Assembly: GCA_964621025.1 (NCBI GenBank)
Contig: CAZUKQ010000001.1
Span: 79,288 to 143,287 of the forward strand
DNA length: 64,000 nt
Direction: 5' to 3'
Origin: Candidatus Woesearchaeota archaeon
Lineage (GTDB): Archaea > Nanobdellota > Nanobdellia > Pacearchaeales > GW2011-AR1
Of this stretch, positions 55,797-63,659 are shown one piece after another. The notes below the pieces were generated by a model. The model was given only the letters and a program-made list of their open reading frames with translations, made no database searches and had not been told where the DNA came from. A program made the translations under genes and the position numbers. Numbering within the stretch: the first letter of the stretch is position 1; each line of letters begins with the position of its first letter.

Positions 55797-56266
55797 ATTC
55801 TTGGCAAAGGTTTCTTCGGCTGTTGCTGTTGAACTTGGTTTGCTGGAGGAAAAGAATTTTGTTGGAATCCTTGCGATTGCTGAACAGGTACTCTGTCCCT
55901 TACTTTTTCTTCAATCAAAACCAAACCTTTTGCGATAGTTTTATTTTGGTCAAGAAGAGAGTTTATTTTTCCTAGAAGTTCTTTGTCTTCTTCTTTTGTA
56001 GATTTTCCTAGTTGGTCTCTAGCTGAAAGTTCGAAAACTTCCAAAAGTCTGGACATGTTATTTGCAAGACCTTCAAATTTAATAGAAAGATTTAACATTG
56101 CCTTCTGTAATCCTACAAAATTTTCTAATAAAAGTTCTTCCCTCATCTTAGCTGACATCTTTTTAGGAGCAGTTTTAGGTTTGATAATAGTATCTTTTGT
56201 TTCAATTTTTATAGGATTAACTGGAGGAACTTTAAAATTCATAGCTGGTTTCACCTTTTCTTCCAT
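55793..56266 (-). CDS. Hypothetical protein (157 aa), helical, Gln-rich C-terminus
   Basis: ATGA-type 4-nt overlap with the downstream ORF. Confidence 0.45.
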   Translation of the reverse strand: MEEKVKPAMNFKVPPVNPIKIETKDTIIKPKTAPKKMSAKMREELLLENFVGLQKAMLNLSIKFEGLANNMSRLLEVFELSARDQLGKSTKEEDKELLGKINSLLDQNKTIAKGLVLIEEKVRDRVPVQQSQGFQQNSFPPANQVQQQQPKKPLPRI

Positions 56267-56330
56267 TCTGTTTTAAGGATAAAGTTGTTTATAAATATTG
56301 CGAGTTGTTATCTCTAAAGAGTCATCGCTA

Positions 56331-56401
56331 TGGGCTCATGAGGACTCGAACCCCAATCATCGGTTTTGGAGACCGACATTCTACCTTTGAACTATGAACC
56401 C
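56331..56401 (-). tRNA. tRNA-Trp (anticodon CCA)
   Basis: Reverse complement GGGTTCA-TA-GTTC...GAAT-G-TCGGT-CTCCAAA-ACCGA-TGAT-TGGGG-TTCGAGT-CCTCA-TGAGCCC-A. Confidence 0.85.
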
Positions 56402-56433
56402 CTAAATTAACGAGATAAAATTATTTTAAAAAT

Positions 56434-57108
56434 CTATGCTAAAGTCTTCATTTCTTCAATTTCTTTGGAAGATACTGCCGCGCCTTTAAACTTTACACCA
56501 TATAGGACTGCGTCTAAAATTTGTTTATCTTTTTTTAAACCAAGAAGGTCATTTTTATAGGCGATGAATAAAAGTTCTGAAGATCTTATGTATCTAAAGT
56601 CCTTAAAATCTTTCAAATTTTTTCTGTTGAAATTCAATTTCATATGGGTCTTTTTTTCCATTAGACCTTGCAGACCTTCTGGAGATTCGGTTAATAAACG
56701 GGTTGTTCTCTCGTCAATAACAATTAAATTTTCTTTGCCACAAAGTTTTGAAAAAGCTAAACAAGAGGCTTCTCCTTCCTGTATAGGTCTTATTGTTTCT
56801 CCTGCACCCGTTAATAAAGAGTCTGCTGATCTAATAATTGCAGAAGTTTCTTTTTCTAAAAGTCTGTTTTGAACAAAATCCGAAGACAACGTCAACACTT
56901 TTTTATCTAACAAATCAGTAATTTTTATTGCTTCTAGTTCATACTTTTTTATTTTAAATGGTCTGTCTATCACTTCTCTCTTGACTTGGGGGGTTAGGAT
57001 AATTTCTATTGTTGGAAATTTTTTCTTCAGATTTTCAAAAATATGAAGCATGCCATTTAGTGTTAAAGAAATAAAAGGGCCAGCATCAACAATTAAAAAT
57101 TTAGTCAT
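56434..57108 (-). CDS. PIN-like (DUF3368/COG2405-type) protein, enlarged (224 aa)
   Basis: FLIVDAGPFISL, QEGEASCLAF and LIVIDERTTR are spaced like the acidic residues of DUF3368 PIN-like domains. Confidence 0.45.
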   Translation of the reverse strand: MTKFLIVDAGPFISLTLNGMLHIFENLKKKFPTIEIILTPQVKREVIDRPFKIKKYELEAIKITDLLDKKVLTLSSDFVQNRLLEKETSAIIRSADSLLTGAGETIRPIQEGEASCLAFSKLCGKENLIVIDERTTRLLTESPEGLQGLMEKKTHMKLNFNRKNLKDFKDFRYIRSSELLFIAYKNDLLGLKKDKQILDAVLYGVKFKGAAVSSKEIEEMKTLA

Positions 57109-57665
57109 TTAAAAAAATCCTCCGCCATTTTTACTCTTTGCTTTATTGGAAGAGCTTCAGTTATATGTGACTCTCCAATTGTTGTTTGTCCTATATAAGA
57201 AGCTAAATCCCAAAGAGAAACTCCTAAAAGTTCTGCTGTTTTTTCCGATGATAAACCGTGCTCGTACATTTTGAAAGCCTTATTGATTCCAGCTTTGTAG
57301 AATACATCTTGGATATAGTCTTTCAGATTGCTGTCAATTTTATTAGAGGCATTTCTTATTTTTCCAATGTAAATTCTAAATTTTTCAATATCTTTTCCTT
57401 CCAGACTTTTTAGTGCGAGTCTTAGATTTTTTGTGACACTTTCTTGAAACTCGATCCAGCCATCCATAGTGGTATAATTTGGTCTTTCTAGAATTTTTCC
57501 CAATACATAAACTACAACAGAAACTATGATATTATCTGGGTCTTGAGAAATTGTACAGGTATGAATTGTTTGATTAGATAAATTTTTCAGAACAAATGCA
57601 TCTTTCTTTTGGAATGCTAATTCAGTTTCTTCGAGAATTCTAAGTATGTTGTCCACCTCTTGCAT
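57105..57665 (-). CDS. Protein with C-terminal UPF0175-like HTH (186 aa)
   Basis: AFKMYEHGLSSEKTAELLGVSLWDLASYIG resembles the UPF0175 antitoxin-type HTH. 4-nt overlap with the PIN-like gene. Confidence 0.4.
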   Translation of the reverse strand: MQEVDNILRILEETELAFQKKDAFVLKNLSNQTIHTCTISQDPDNIIVSVVVYVLGKILERPNYTTMDGWIEFQESVTKNLRLALKSLEGKDIEKFRIYIGKIRNASNKIDSNLKDYIQDVFYKAGINKAFKMYEHGLSSEKTAELLGVSLWDLASYIGQTTIGESHITEALPIKQRVKMAEDFFK

Positions 57666-57715
57666 GATATTTAGAGAGCAAATAATTATATAAATGTTGT
57701 TTATTTGAGAGTTAC

Positions 57716-58096
57716 ATGGAAATACTCCTTGATACGAATTTTATTTTGACCTGTGTTAGACAGAAAGTAGATTTTGTAGAGCTAGCTGAGCAATTGACTG
57801 ATAAAGAAATAAAATGGATTGTTCCTCAGCAGGTTTTGAATGAGCTTGGTTGTTTGAAAGATAAGGTTGGAATGAAAAGAGATGATAAAGAAGCTGCAGC
57901 TTTAAGTTTTGAAATCTTACAAATGATTAAACCAAAAATTGTTGAACTTGGAAGAGGTCCTAATGTGGATATTGGAATTGTTAATTACATTAAGGGAAAG
58001 GATATTGTTCTTGCGACTCTTGATAAAGGCTTGAAAAACAGGGTAGAAAACAAGATTCTGACGATAAAAGGAAAGAAAAATATTGGGTTTGTCTAA
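57716..58096 (+). CDS. Fcf1/Utp24-like PIN-domain endonuclease
   Basis: ILLDTNFIL, VPQQVLNEL, VLATLDKGLKNRV. 126 aa. Confidence 0.65.
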   Translation: MEILLDTNFILTCVRQKVDFVELAEQLTDKEIKWIVPQQVLNELGCLKDKVGMKRDDKEAAALSFEILQMIKPKIVELGRGPNVDIGIVNYIKGKDIVLATLDKGLKNRVENKILTIKGKKNIGFV

Positions 58097-58689
58097 ACTT
58101 TAGAGAAAATAGTAGGAACTTCTGTTTCTTTTTCTGAATCCTGTGTGATGAGTTTGTAGTCGCTGGAGATTATTTTCTTTTTTGACCTTTCAACTTTGGT
58201 TAGCTCTAGCGAATCTTTTGTTGTTACAGTTACAAAAAATAGGATAAATGAATGTACGACTTCTTTTGATTTTTTTACCTGCTCAAAAGAAACAGAATTT
58301 AATTTTTTGAATTTTACTTCTACGTTGAACTTATTTTTCATAATTCTTTTTGATGCATCTTCTAAACTTTCACCGAGTAATATTCTTCCTCCTGGAAGCG
58401 AAAGCAAATTACTATATGGTCTTTTTTTTCTTTTGTACAGGAAAGCTTTTTCTTTGTCTCCTACTAAAATCAGAACAACCGGAAGAGGAGATTTCTTTTC
58501 AACCAAATAGGGAATTATGTGCTCTGAAGATTCTGACAGTTTGTAATAGTCTCCTTCTTTTGTCAAAACGCCTTTTTTAGTCAAATTATTTAGGTGGTAT
58601 GAAAGCTTGTTTGACCTAACATTCAGAGCCTTCTCTATCTCGGAGAATTTCAATTTTTCTGCATATTGGAAGAGTTTTAAAATTTCCAT
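58093..58689 (-). CDS. wHTH (ArsR-like) fused to a degenerate Nudix domain
   Basis: Re-started at MEILKLFQYAEKLKFSEIEKAL (ATG 58689). The segment LPGGRILLGESLEDASKRIMKNKFNV lacks the REx2EE core of the Nudix box. Confidence 0.55.
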   Translation of the reverse strand: MEILKLFQYAEKLKFSEIEKALNVRSNKLSYHLNNLTKKGVLTKEGDYYKLSESSEHIIPYLVEKKSPLPVVLILVGDKEKAFLYKRKKRPYSNLLSLPGGRILLGESLEDASKRIMKNKFNVEVKFKKLNSVSFEQVKKSKEVVHSFILFFVTVTTKDSLELTKVERSKKKIISSDYKLITQDSEKETEVPTIFSKV

Positions 58690-58714
58690 TTTAGTCAACT
58701 TTTTTGAGGAATTG

Positions 58715-58726
58715 TTTATATATAAA
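58715..58726. promoter_or_regulatory. Perfectly palindromic TATA element TTTATATATAAA between divergent Nudix genes
   Basis: Self-complementary 12-mer. It lies 29 nt upstream of the plus-strand ATG (58744) and 37 nt from the minus-strand ATG (58689). Confidence 0.45.
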
Positions 58727-58743
58727 TAAGATTGTGATTGAAT

Positions 58744-59238
58744 ATGTATGACAAAAATCAAGCACACTATGTCGTTGTAACAGGTATTCTTGTAAAAGAC
58801 GGAAAGTTTCTGATTACAAAAAGGGCTGGATGGGAAAAAGCATTTCCAAATAGATGGACTGTTCCTGGTGGAAAAGTTAAAGTTTTAGATTATACACTCA
58901 GACAAAAAGATACTGCACATCATTGGTATAATGTATTAGAAGAGGGATTAGCTAGAGAGATTAGCGAAGAGGTTGGACTTGAGATAAAACATATTGGTTA
59001 TGTAACTAGTATGGTATATGTTCGAGATGACCAAATTCCTTGTATGATTGTGAGTTTGTATGCTGAACCAAAAGAAAACAAAGAGATTAAACTTTGTGAT
59101 GCCCTAACTGAATATGCCTGGGTGAATTTAGAAGAATCAAAAAATTATAACTTGATTGAAGGAATTTATGATGAACTAGCTATTTTAGACAAACATTTGA
59201 AAGAAGGAGAGAAAATTGATGGTTGGGCTAAACAGTGA
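58744..59238 (+). CDS. Nudix hydrolase
   Basis: Intact Nudix box VPGGKVKV...EEGLAREISEEVGLEI. Confidence 0.8.
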   Translation: MYDKNQAHYVVVTGILVKDGKFLITKRAGWEKAFPNRWTVPGGKVKVLDYTLRQKDTAHHWYNVLEEGLAREISEEVGLEIKHIGYVTSMVYVRDDQIPCMIVSLYAEPKENKEIKLCDALTEYAWVNLEESKNYNLIEGIYDELAILDKHLKEGEKIDGWAKQ

Positions 59239-59710
59239 AGGCACAATCTTTTTTGTGAAACCAAGAAATGAAGAAATTGCTTACCAAGTTTTTGATTATT
59301 TAGATAGTCTTCTTGAAAAAGATGGAAATGATTTTAGACAGATTTCAGGCATTTGGCAAATAAACCACCCACCAATACGCCTTGTTGAAGAGCATTACAA
59401 AAATCTTGTTGGAAGATTACCTGACGAAATTTTAACTAACACTTTTGAAGCTTTTAGAAATGGAACTATATTTTTAAGTTATTACAAGGGAAAAGATATT
59501 GTTCAAAAAATAAAAAAATGTCTAGGTGAAACAGACCCAAACAGGGCAGAAGATTGGACTGTGCGAGGAAAATTTAGAAAAGACAGTTTGGAAGAAGCAT
59601 TTAAGGAAAGGAGGTATCTGAATAATACTGCCCATGCCTCGGCTAATCTAGAAGAAGCTAGAAGAGAAGAAGGCATTTGGCTGCCTTTTTTGGCCGACTC
59701 TGTTGAATAG
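59219..59710 (+). CDS. Divergent nucleoside-diphosphate-kinase-like protein
   Basis: IFFVKPRN..., EEHYKNL, GETDPNRAEDWTVRGKF and NNTAHASAN are positioned as in the NDK consensus (NxxHGSD). An SD AAGGAGAG lies upstream. Confidence 0.5.
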   Translation: MVGLNSEGTIFFVKPRNEEIAYQVFDYLDSLLEKDGNDFRQISGIWQINHPPIRLVEEHYKNLVGRLPDEILTNTFEAFRNGTIFLSYYKGKDIVQKIKKCLGETDPNRAEDWTVRGKFRKDSLEEAFKERRYLNNTAHASANLEEARREEGIWLPFLADSVE

Positions 59711-59726
59711 AAATAAAGCCTCTCCC

Positions 59727-59741
59727 AAAAGCTTTATAAAT
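59727..59741 (+). promoter_or_regulatory. BRE/TATA element (AAAAGCTTTATAAAT)
   Basis: Lies 29 nt upstream of the rpo7 ATG (59762). Confidence 0.45.
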
Positions 59742-59761
59742 CAATTTTTTCTCATTAAAAT

Positions 59762-60358
59762 ATGTTCTATCTAGTTGAAGTTGAAGATTTTGTAAGGGTT
59801 GACCCAAAGTTATTCGGGCTTGAGACAGCTGAAGCTGTAAAGCAACAATTACAAGAAACTTACGCAAATTTCCAAGATAAAGATTTGGGAACTGTCGTCG
59901 ATGTTTTAGAAGTTTTAAGCGTAAAAGAAGGAATTATTATTCCTGGCGATGGAGCTGCTTACTACAAATCTGTTTTCAAATTAGTTGTTTTCAAACCAGA
60001 ATTACAAGAAATTGTTTTTGGAACAATTGAAGAAATAACTAACTTCGGTGCTTTCATAAACATGGGAGTTATGAGGGGTATGATTCACATTTCACAAACT
60101 ATGGATGATTTCGTTTCATTCTCCAAAACAGGCTCGCTGGCTGGTAAAGATGGAAAGAAAGTCTTGAATGCAGGAGACAACTGTATGGCTAGAATCGTTG
60201 CAATTTCCTATAAGGGCGAAGACCCAAAAATTGGTTTAACAATGAGACAACCAGGTTTAGGAAAACTTGAATGGGTAAATGCACCAAAACCTAAGGCTGC
60301 TGGAAAAGCAAAGTCTGAAGACAAAGAATCAAAACCTAAAAAGGAGAAAAAGAAATAA
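59762..60358 (+). CDS. rpoE: RNA polymerase subunit E' (Rpo7) with S1 domain
   Basis: The MFYLVEVEDFVRVDPKLFG start is typical of Rpo7. S1-like GTIEEITNFGAFINMG. Lys-rich tail. Confidence 0.85.
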   Translation: MFYLVEVEDFVRVDPKLFGLETAEAVKQQLQETYANFQDKDLGTVVDVLEVLSVKEGIIIPGDGAAYYKSVFKLVVFKPELQEIVFGTIEEITNFGAFINMGVMRGMIHISQTMDDFVSFSKTGSLAGKDGKKVLNAGDNCMARIVAISYKGEDPKIGLTMRQPGLGKLEWVNAPKPKAAGKAKSEDKESKPKKEKKK

Positions 60359-60549
60359 TGGCAAATAAAGAAAAAGCTTGTTTAAACTGTAAAAGAATAT
60401 TCACTGAAACTGTTTGCCCTGGCTGCGGTCAGACTACATTTTCCGAAACATTTAAAGGGCAAGTTCATGTTTTCAATCCAGAGAAATCCGAGATAGCTAA
60501 AAAAATGAAAATTAAACAAGCTGGCGAATTCGCAATAAAAACAAAATAA
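60358..60549 (+). CDS. spt4: Transcription elongation factor Spt4 (RpoE'')
   Basis: Zinc ribbon CLNC...CPGCG in 63 aa. TAATG junction with rpo7. Confidence 0.8.
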   Translation: MANKEKACLNCKRIFTETVCPGCGQTTFSETFKGQVHVFNPEKSEIAKKMKIKQAGEFAIKTK

Positions 60550-60550
60550 A

Positions 60551-60907
60551 ATGGAAGCAAAAATAATCAAACAAACTAAGAATGTTCTTTTGAAAAGAAC
60601 TGATTATATATTGGAAATAAAATCTAATGCTAACCCTGGCGAAGAAGCAATCAAAGACTTCCTTGGTAAAGACAAAGATTTAACAATCGTTCAAAAAATT
60701 ACAAGTAACTTCGGTAAAAATACTTTCATGGCTGAAGCTGTTGTTTACGATTCCAAAGAATCCAAAACTCAAGTTGTTACAATTCCAAAAAAAGTTAGAA
60801 AAGAAATGGAAGAAGTTAAAAAGAAAGCTGACGCTGATGCTAAGAAAAAAGCTGATGCAGAAGCAGCAGCTAAAGCTGCAGAAGCTGCAAAGGAGAAAAC
60901 TGAATAA
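60551..60907 (+). CDS. rps24e: Ribosomal protein S24e with Lys/Ala-rich C-terminal extension
   Basis: KQTKNVLLKRTDYILEI start pattern and conserved gene order after spt4. Confidence 0.85.
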   Translation: MEAKIIKQTKNVLLKRTDYILEIKSNANPGEEAIKDFLGKDKDLTIVQKITSNFGKNTFMAEAVVYDSKESKTQVVTIPKKVRKEMEEVKKKADADAKKKADAEAAAKAAEAAKEKTE

Positions 60908-60909
60908 AC

Positions 60910-61128
60910 ATGGCAATAAAATCAAAAATCAAAGGTAAGAAGAGAAAGCAAAACAAGCCTACTTCTAAGAAGTCTTCAATGTATAAAATTGCAGGCGACA
61001 AAGTAGTAAGAGAAAAATACTGCCCAAGATGTGGTCCAGTAAGTTTCTTAGCTAAAGGTCTTGGAAGACTTTACTGCGGTAAATGCCATTACACTGAATT
61101 TGAAGCAAAAGAAGTAAAGAAAAAGTAA
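60910..61128 (+). CDS. rps27ae: Ribosomal protein S27ae
   Basis: Zinc ribbon CPRCG...CGKC with a basic N-terminus. Confidence 0.85.
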   Translation: MAIKSKIKGKKRKQNKPTSKKSSMYKIAGDKVVREKYCPRCGPVSFLAKGLGRLYCGKCHYTEFEAKEVKKK

Positions 61129-61179
61129 TTGTGACTCGACTATCTAAATTTTTATAAATCTAAAAAAATAAATTATACC

Positions 61180-61392
61180 ATGGAAATGAAAAAGGAAGAT
61201 TCATATGTACGTCTCTTTATAGGCACTAGTTATAGTCTACAAGATATTAAAACTGTGGGAGAATTAAAAAAAGGTCTTCAAGCTATCCTTGCAGATTTGC
61301 CTGAAGATGATTCTTTGAAGGTTTCAGACCATAATTTTCATAATGGAAAATTTGATTATACTTTAAGAGAGGGTATAACTCAAGAAGATTAA
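61180..61392 (+). CDS. Hypothetical protein (70 aa)
   Basis: ORF only. Confidence 0.4.
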   Translation: MEMKKEDSYVRLFIGTSYSLQDIKTVGELKKGLQAILADLPEDDSLKVSDHNFHNGKFDYTLREGITQED

Positions 61393-61405
61393 AGTCTAAT
61401 AATTT

Positions 61406-61750
61406 TTATCTTTTTTCCCTAACTATGAAACCCGATTTTTTTGCTAGGGCGTTTGCTTCTAATAGTGCCGTCTGGTGAGTTAACTCCTCTAGTTTTTTTC
61501 TTAAATCTGAAAAAGACAGCTCGGCTCTTCCCACGCCAACTTCCATAGGAATTTGTATGTTTCCTTGAGTTCCGTCTAATGCAGGGATTTGTTTTTTGTA
61601 AATGACTGCAAATTTACGACTCTCATTATCTAATAAATAGTATACTTTCCCATGGTAAGAAACTTCTTCATTGGTTTCTGCATTAACATCACGAAGTTTG
61701 TAACTTCCTCCAAGATTCTCTAAAATAATCTCTATATTTGAGTCGCTCAT
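61406..61750 (-). CDS. Hypothetical protein (114 aa)
   Basis: ORF only. Confidence 0.45.
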   Translation of the reverse strand: MSDSNIEIILENLGGSYKLRDVNAETNEEVSYHGKVYYLLDNESRKFAVIYKKQIPALDGTQGNIQIPMEVGVGRAELSFSDLRKKLEELTHQTALLEANALAKKSGFIVREKR

Positions 61751-61790
61751 AATAACTTAGAATTTGAAATGTTTTTAAAGATTTATGTGA

Positions 61791-62552
61791 TTAATCTCTA
61801 TGAAACATCTTAGAAAAGAAACCTTTTTTGTCTTCAGACATGTCTCTTGGCCCTATAACTTTTCCAGCAATCAAAAAATATTTCTTTGAAACTTTGCTCT
61901 TTGGATGTGTATGAACAACTGCATCTCTTAGATTCAAAGCCTCTTTTACTGAACTGTCTTCAGGAATTACTCCAATTATTGGTGCTTCCAACATTGAACG
62001 GATTGAAGACAAAGGCATCTCATATTTCTTATTTCTGTGTCTTGTTACAATAACTCCTCTAACTTCTTTGCCCATGTCTCTTGCCACTTTAACTGCTTTC
62101 AGAGCGTCTGTAACGGAAGGCATATCAGGGTTTGTTACAACAATTATTTCTTCGCCTGCATCAATTGTTGCTATTGCTTCTTCAGAGAACCCTGCTGCTG
62201 AGTCTAAAATTACGAATTCGGCATGATCATGAAGTTGGTTAATAATAAATGGGATTTTTTTTGTGTTGAAGTTTGTCAATTCTTTTACAGAAAGAGAAGA
62301 GGGGATAATTTTTGTTCCAGATGAATGTTCGTATACTGCATCTTCAATGTCTGCCTTACCCTTTAAAACGTGATTTAGAGTTATCGGAACGATTGGTGCG
62401 CCTAAATGTATTCCAATATTTGGTGTGTTAAGATTTAAATCGACAACAATCACTTCTTTGTCCATACTGTTCAGTGCCGCGCCAAGATTAATAGCTGTTG
62501 TTGTTTTTCCGACGCCACCTTTTCCCGAAATTATTGCAATTATACGTGCCAT
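61791..62552 (-). CDS. minD: MinD/ParA-family ATPase (archaeal MinD-like)
   Basis: Deviant Walker A SGKGGVGKTT; Walker B-like hydrophobic strand ending in Asp, VILDSAAG. Confidence 0.85.
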   Translation of the reverse strand: MARIIAIISGKGGVGKTTTAINLGAALNSMDKEVIVVDLNLNTPNIGIHLGAPIVPITLNHVLKGKADIEDAVYEHSSGTKIIPSSLSVKELTNFNTKKIPFIINQLHDHAEFVILDSAAGFSEEAIATIDAGEEIIVVTNPDMPSVTDALKAVKVARDMGKEVRGVIVTRHRNKKYEMPLSSIRSMLEAPIIGVIPEDSSVKEALNLRDAVVHTHPKSKVSKKYFLIAGKVIGPRDMSEDKKGFFSKMFHRD

Positions 62553-62559
62553 ATTAAGT

Positions 62560-63000
62560 TCACTTGGAAATTAGGTGCTTTACTTCACTTATAAATCTTT
62601 CGAGGAGCTCGGTATACTCCTTTAGTTTATCCATGTTAATCTCCGTTGTGGAGTTACCATCATCTATTTTCAAACAAACATTTTTTCTGAACTCACCTGA
62701 ACGTGTTTTATTTAACTCTGGAATTCGTTTGAAGAAGATGTAAACAGGAACTGTGTCCTGAATTGCTTTGGATTTTGCGAAATATTTTTTAATAAAAAGA
62801 ACTTTATCTTTTGGATTTGTGGGCATAGCAGGAATTTTTTTCTCTGCAACTGCTTTTGTTAGGAGTGCATCAAAACTCATTTCGATCATACTTTTCCACC
62901 TAGCTATGAGATTCAGAATTACGTCACAAGTCTTGGTATACTTTAGACTTACATACATCAGGTGGTCGGCGCTAGTTTTTTCTTTTAATATTTCTTCCAT
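62560..63000 (-). CDS. Hypothetical protein (146 aa)
   Basis: ORF located 7 nt upstream of the minD-like gene on the same strand. Confidence 0.5.
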   Translation of the reverse strand: MEEILKEKTSADHLMYVSLKYTKTCDVILNLIARWKSMIEMSFDALLTKAVAEKKIPAMPTNPKDKVLFIKKYFAKSKAIQDTVPVYIFFKRIPELNKTRSGEFRKNVCLKIDDGNSTTEINMDKLKEYTELLERFISEVKHLISK

Positions 63001-63101
63001 TATATAAATTCAGCTTTCAATTTACAGAACTATTTGATAGTAGTGGTTGTTTATATACCTTTTTGTTAGGCCGTTCTTTATCAAATGAAAAAAGGAACCA
63101 A

Positions 63102-63422
63102 TTACTTCAATTCCATAATTGCCAAAGCTATGTCGCCTGCGTTGTTTTCTAAGAATTCTCTTACTTCTGCCTCAGATTTGCCTGTTTTTTCTACGACCAT
63201 TGCAACGTCATCATCTGAAAAAGACTGACTTGACTCTTCTCTCTCTTCGCCAGTGATTTGGAAGGTTTTTTGGCCCTGCATGTTAACCTTTAGAACAGAA
63301 GGTTCATCGATGATTATGTTCCTGTCTTCACATTCAATGATAACTCTCTTAGCATCAATTGGAACTTGAGAAATGCCCATCTTTTTCATCATCGCCTGCA
63401 TTTGTTTAGGATTAATGTTCAT
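63102..63422 (-). CDS. nac: Nascent polypeptide-associated complex protein (NAC) with UBA-like C-terminus
   Basis: NPKQMQAMMKKMGI start. NAC beta-barrel segment VIIECEDRNIIIDEPSVLKVNMQGQKTFQI. Confidence 0.85.
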   Translation of the reverse strand: MNINPKQMQAMMKKMGISQVPIDAKRVIIECEDRNIIIDEPSVLKVNMQGQKTFQITGEEREESSQSFSDDDVAMVVEKTGKSEAEVREFLENNAGDIALAIMELK

Positions 63423-63423
63423 C

Positions 63424-63585
63424 TTAAGCTATTGGAAAGAGATATTTTAGAGATATTGCTAAGAAAATTGTAAAAACTATTGCACCAACAACTGCGCCAG
63501 GACCAAATTTAAGTTTAGAGTTATATTCCTCTTTGAATCTCATCAGTCCGCCATATGAAGGCATTGAAATTTGATTGTCAGCCAT
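63424..63585 (-). CDS. secG: Preprotein translocase Sec61-beta / archaeal SecG (53 aa, absent from ORF track)
   Basis: Hand translation MADNQISMPSYGGLMRFKEEYNSKLKFGPGAVVGAIVFTIFLAISLKYLFPIA. It has the GGL.R(F/Y) motif followed by a single TM. The stop lies 1 nt upstream of the nac start codon. Confidence 0.65.
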   Translation of the reverse strand: MADNQISMPSYGGLMRFKEEYNSKLKFGPGAVVGAIVFTIFLAISLKYLFPIA

Positions 63586-63659
63586 GTTTTATAGAAGATT
63601 TGGGGTTTTATAAAGTTAATCACAACAATCCCTAAAAAGTCTCATGTCTATTTTATTGA

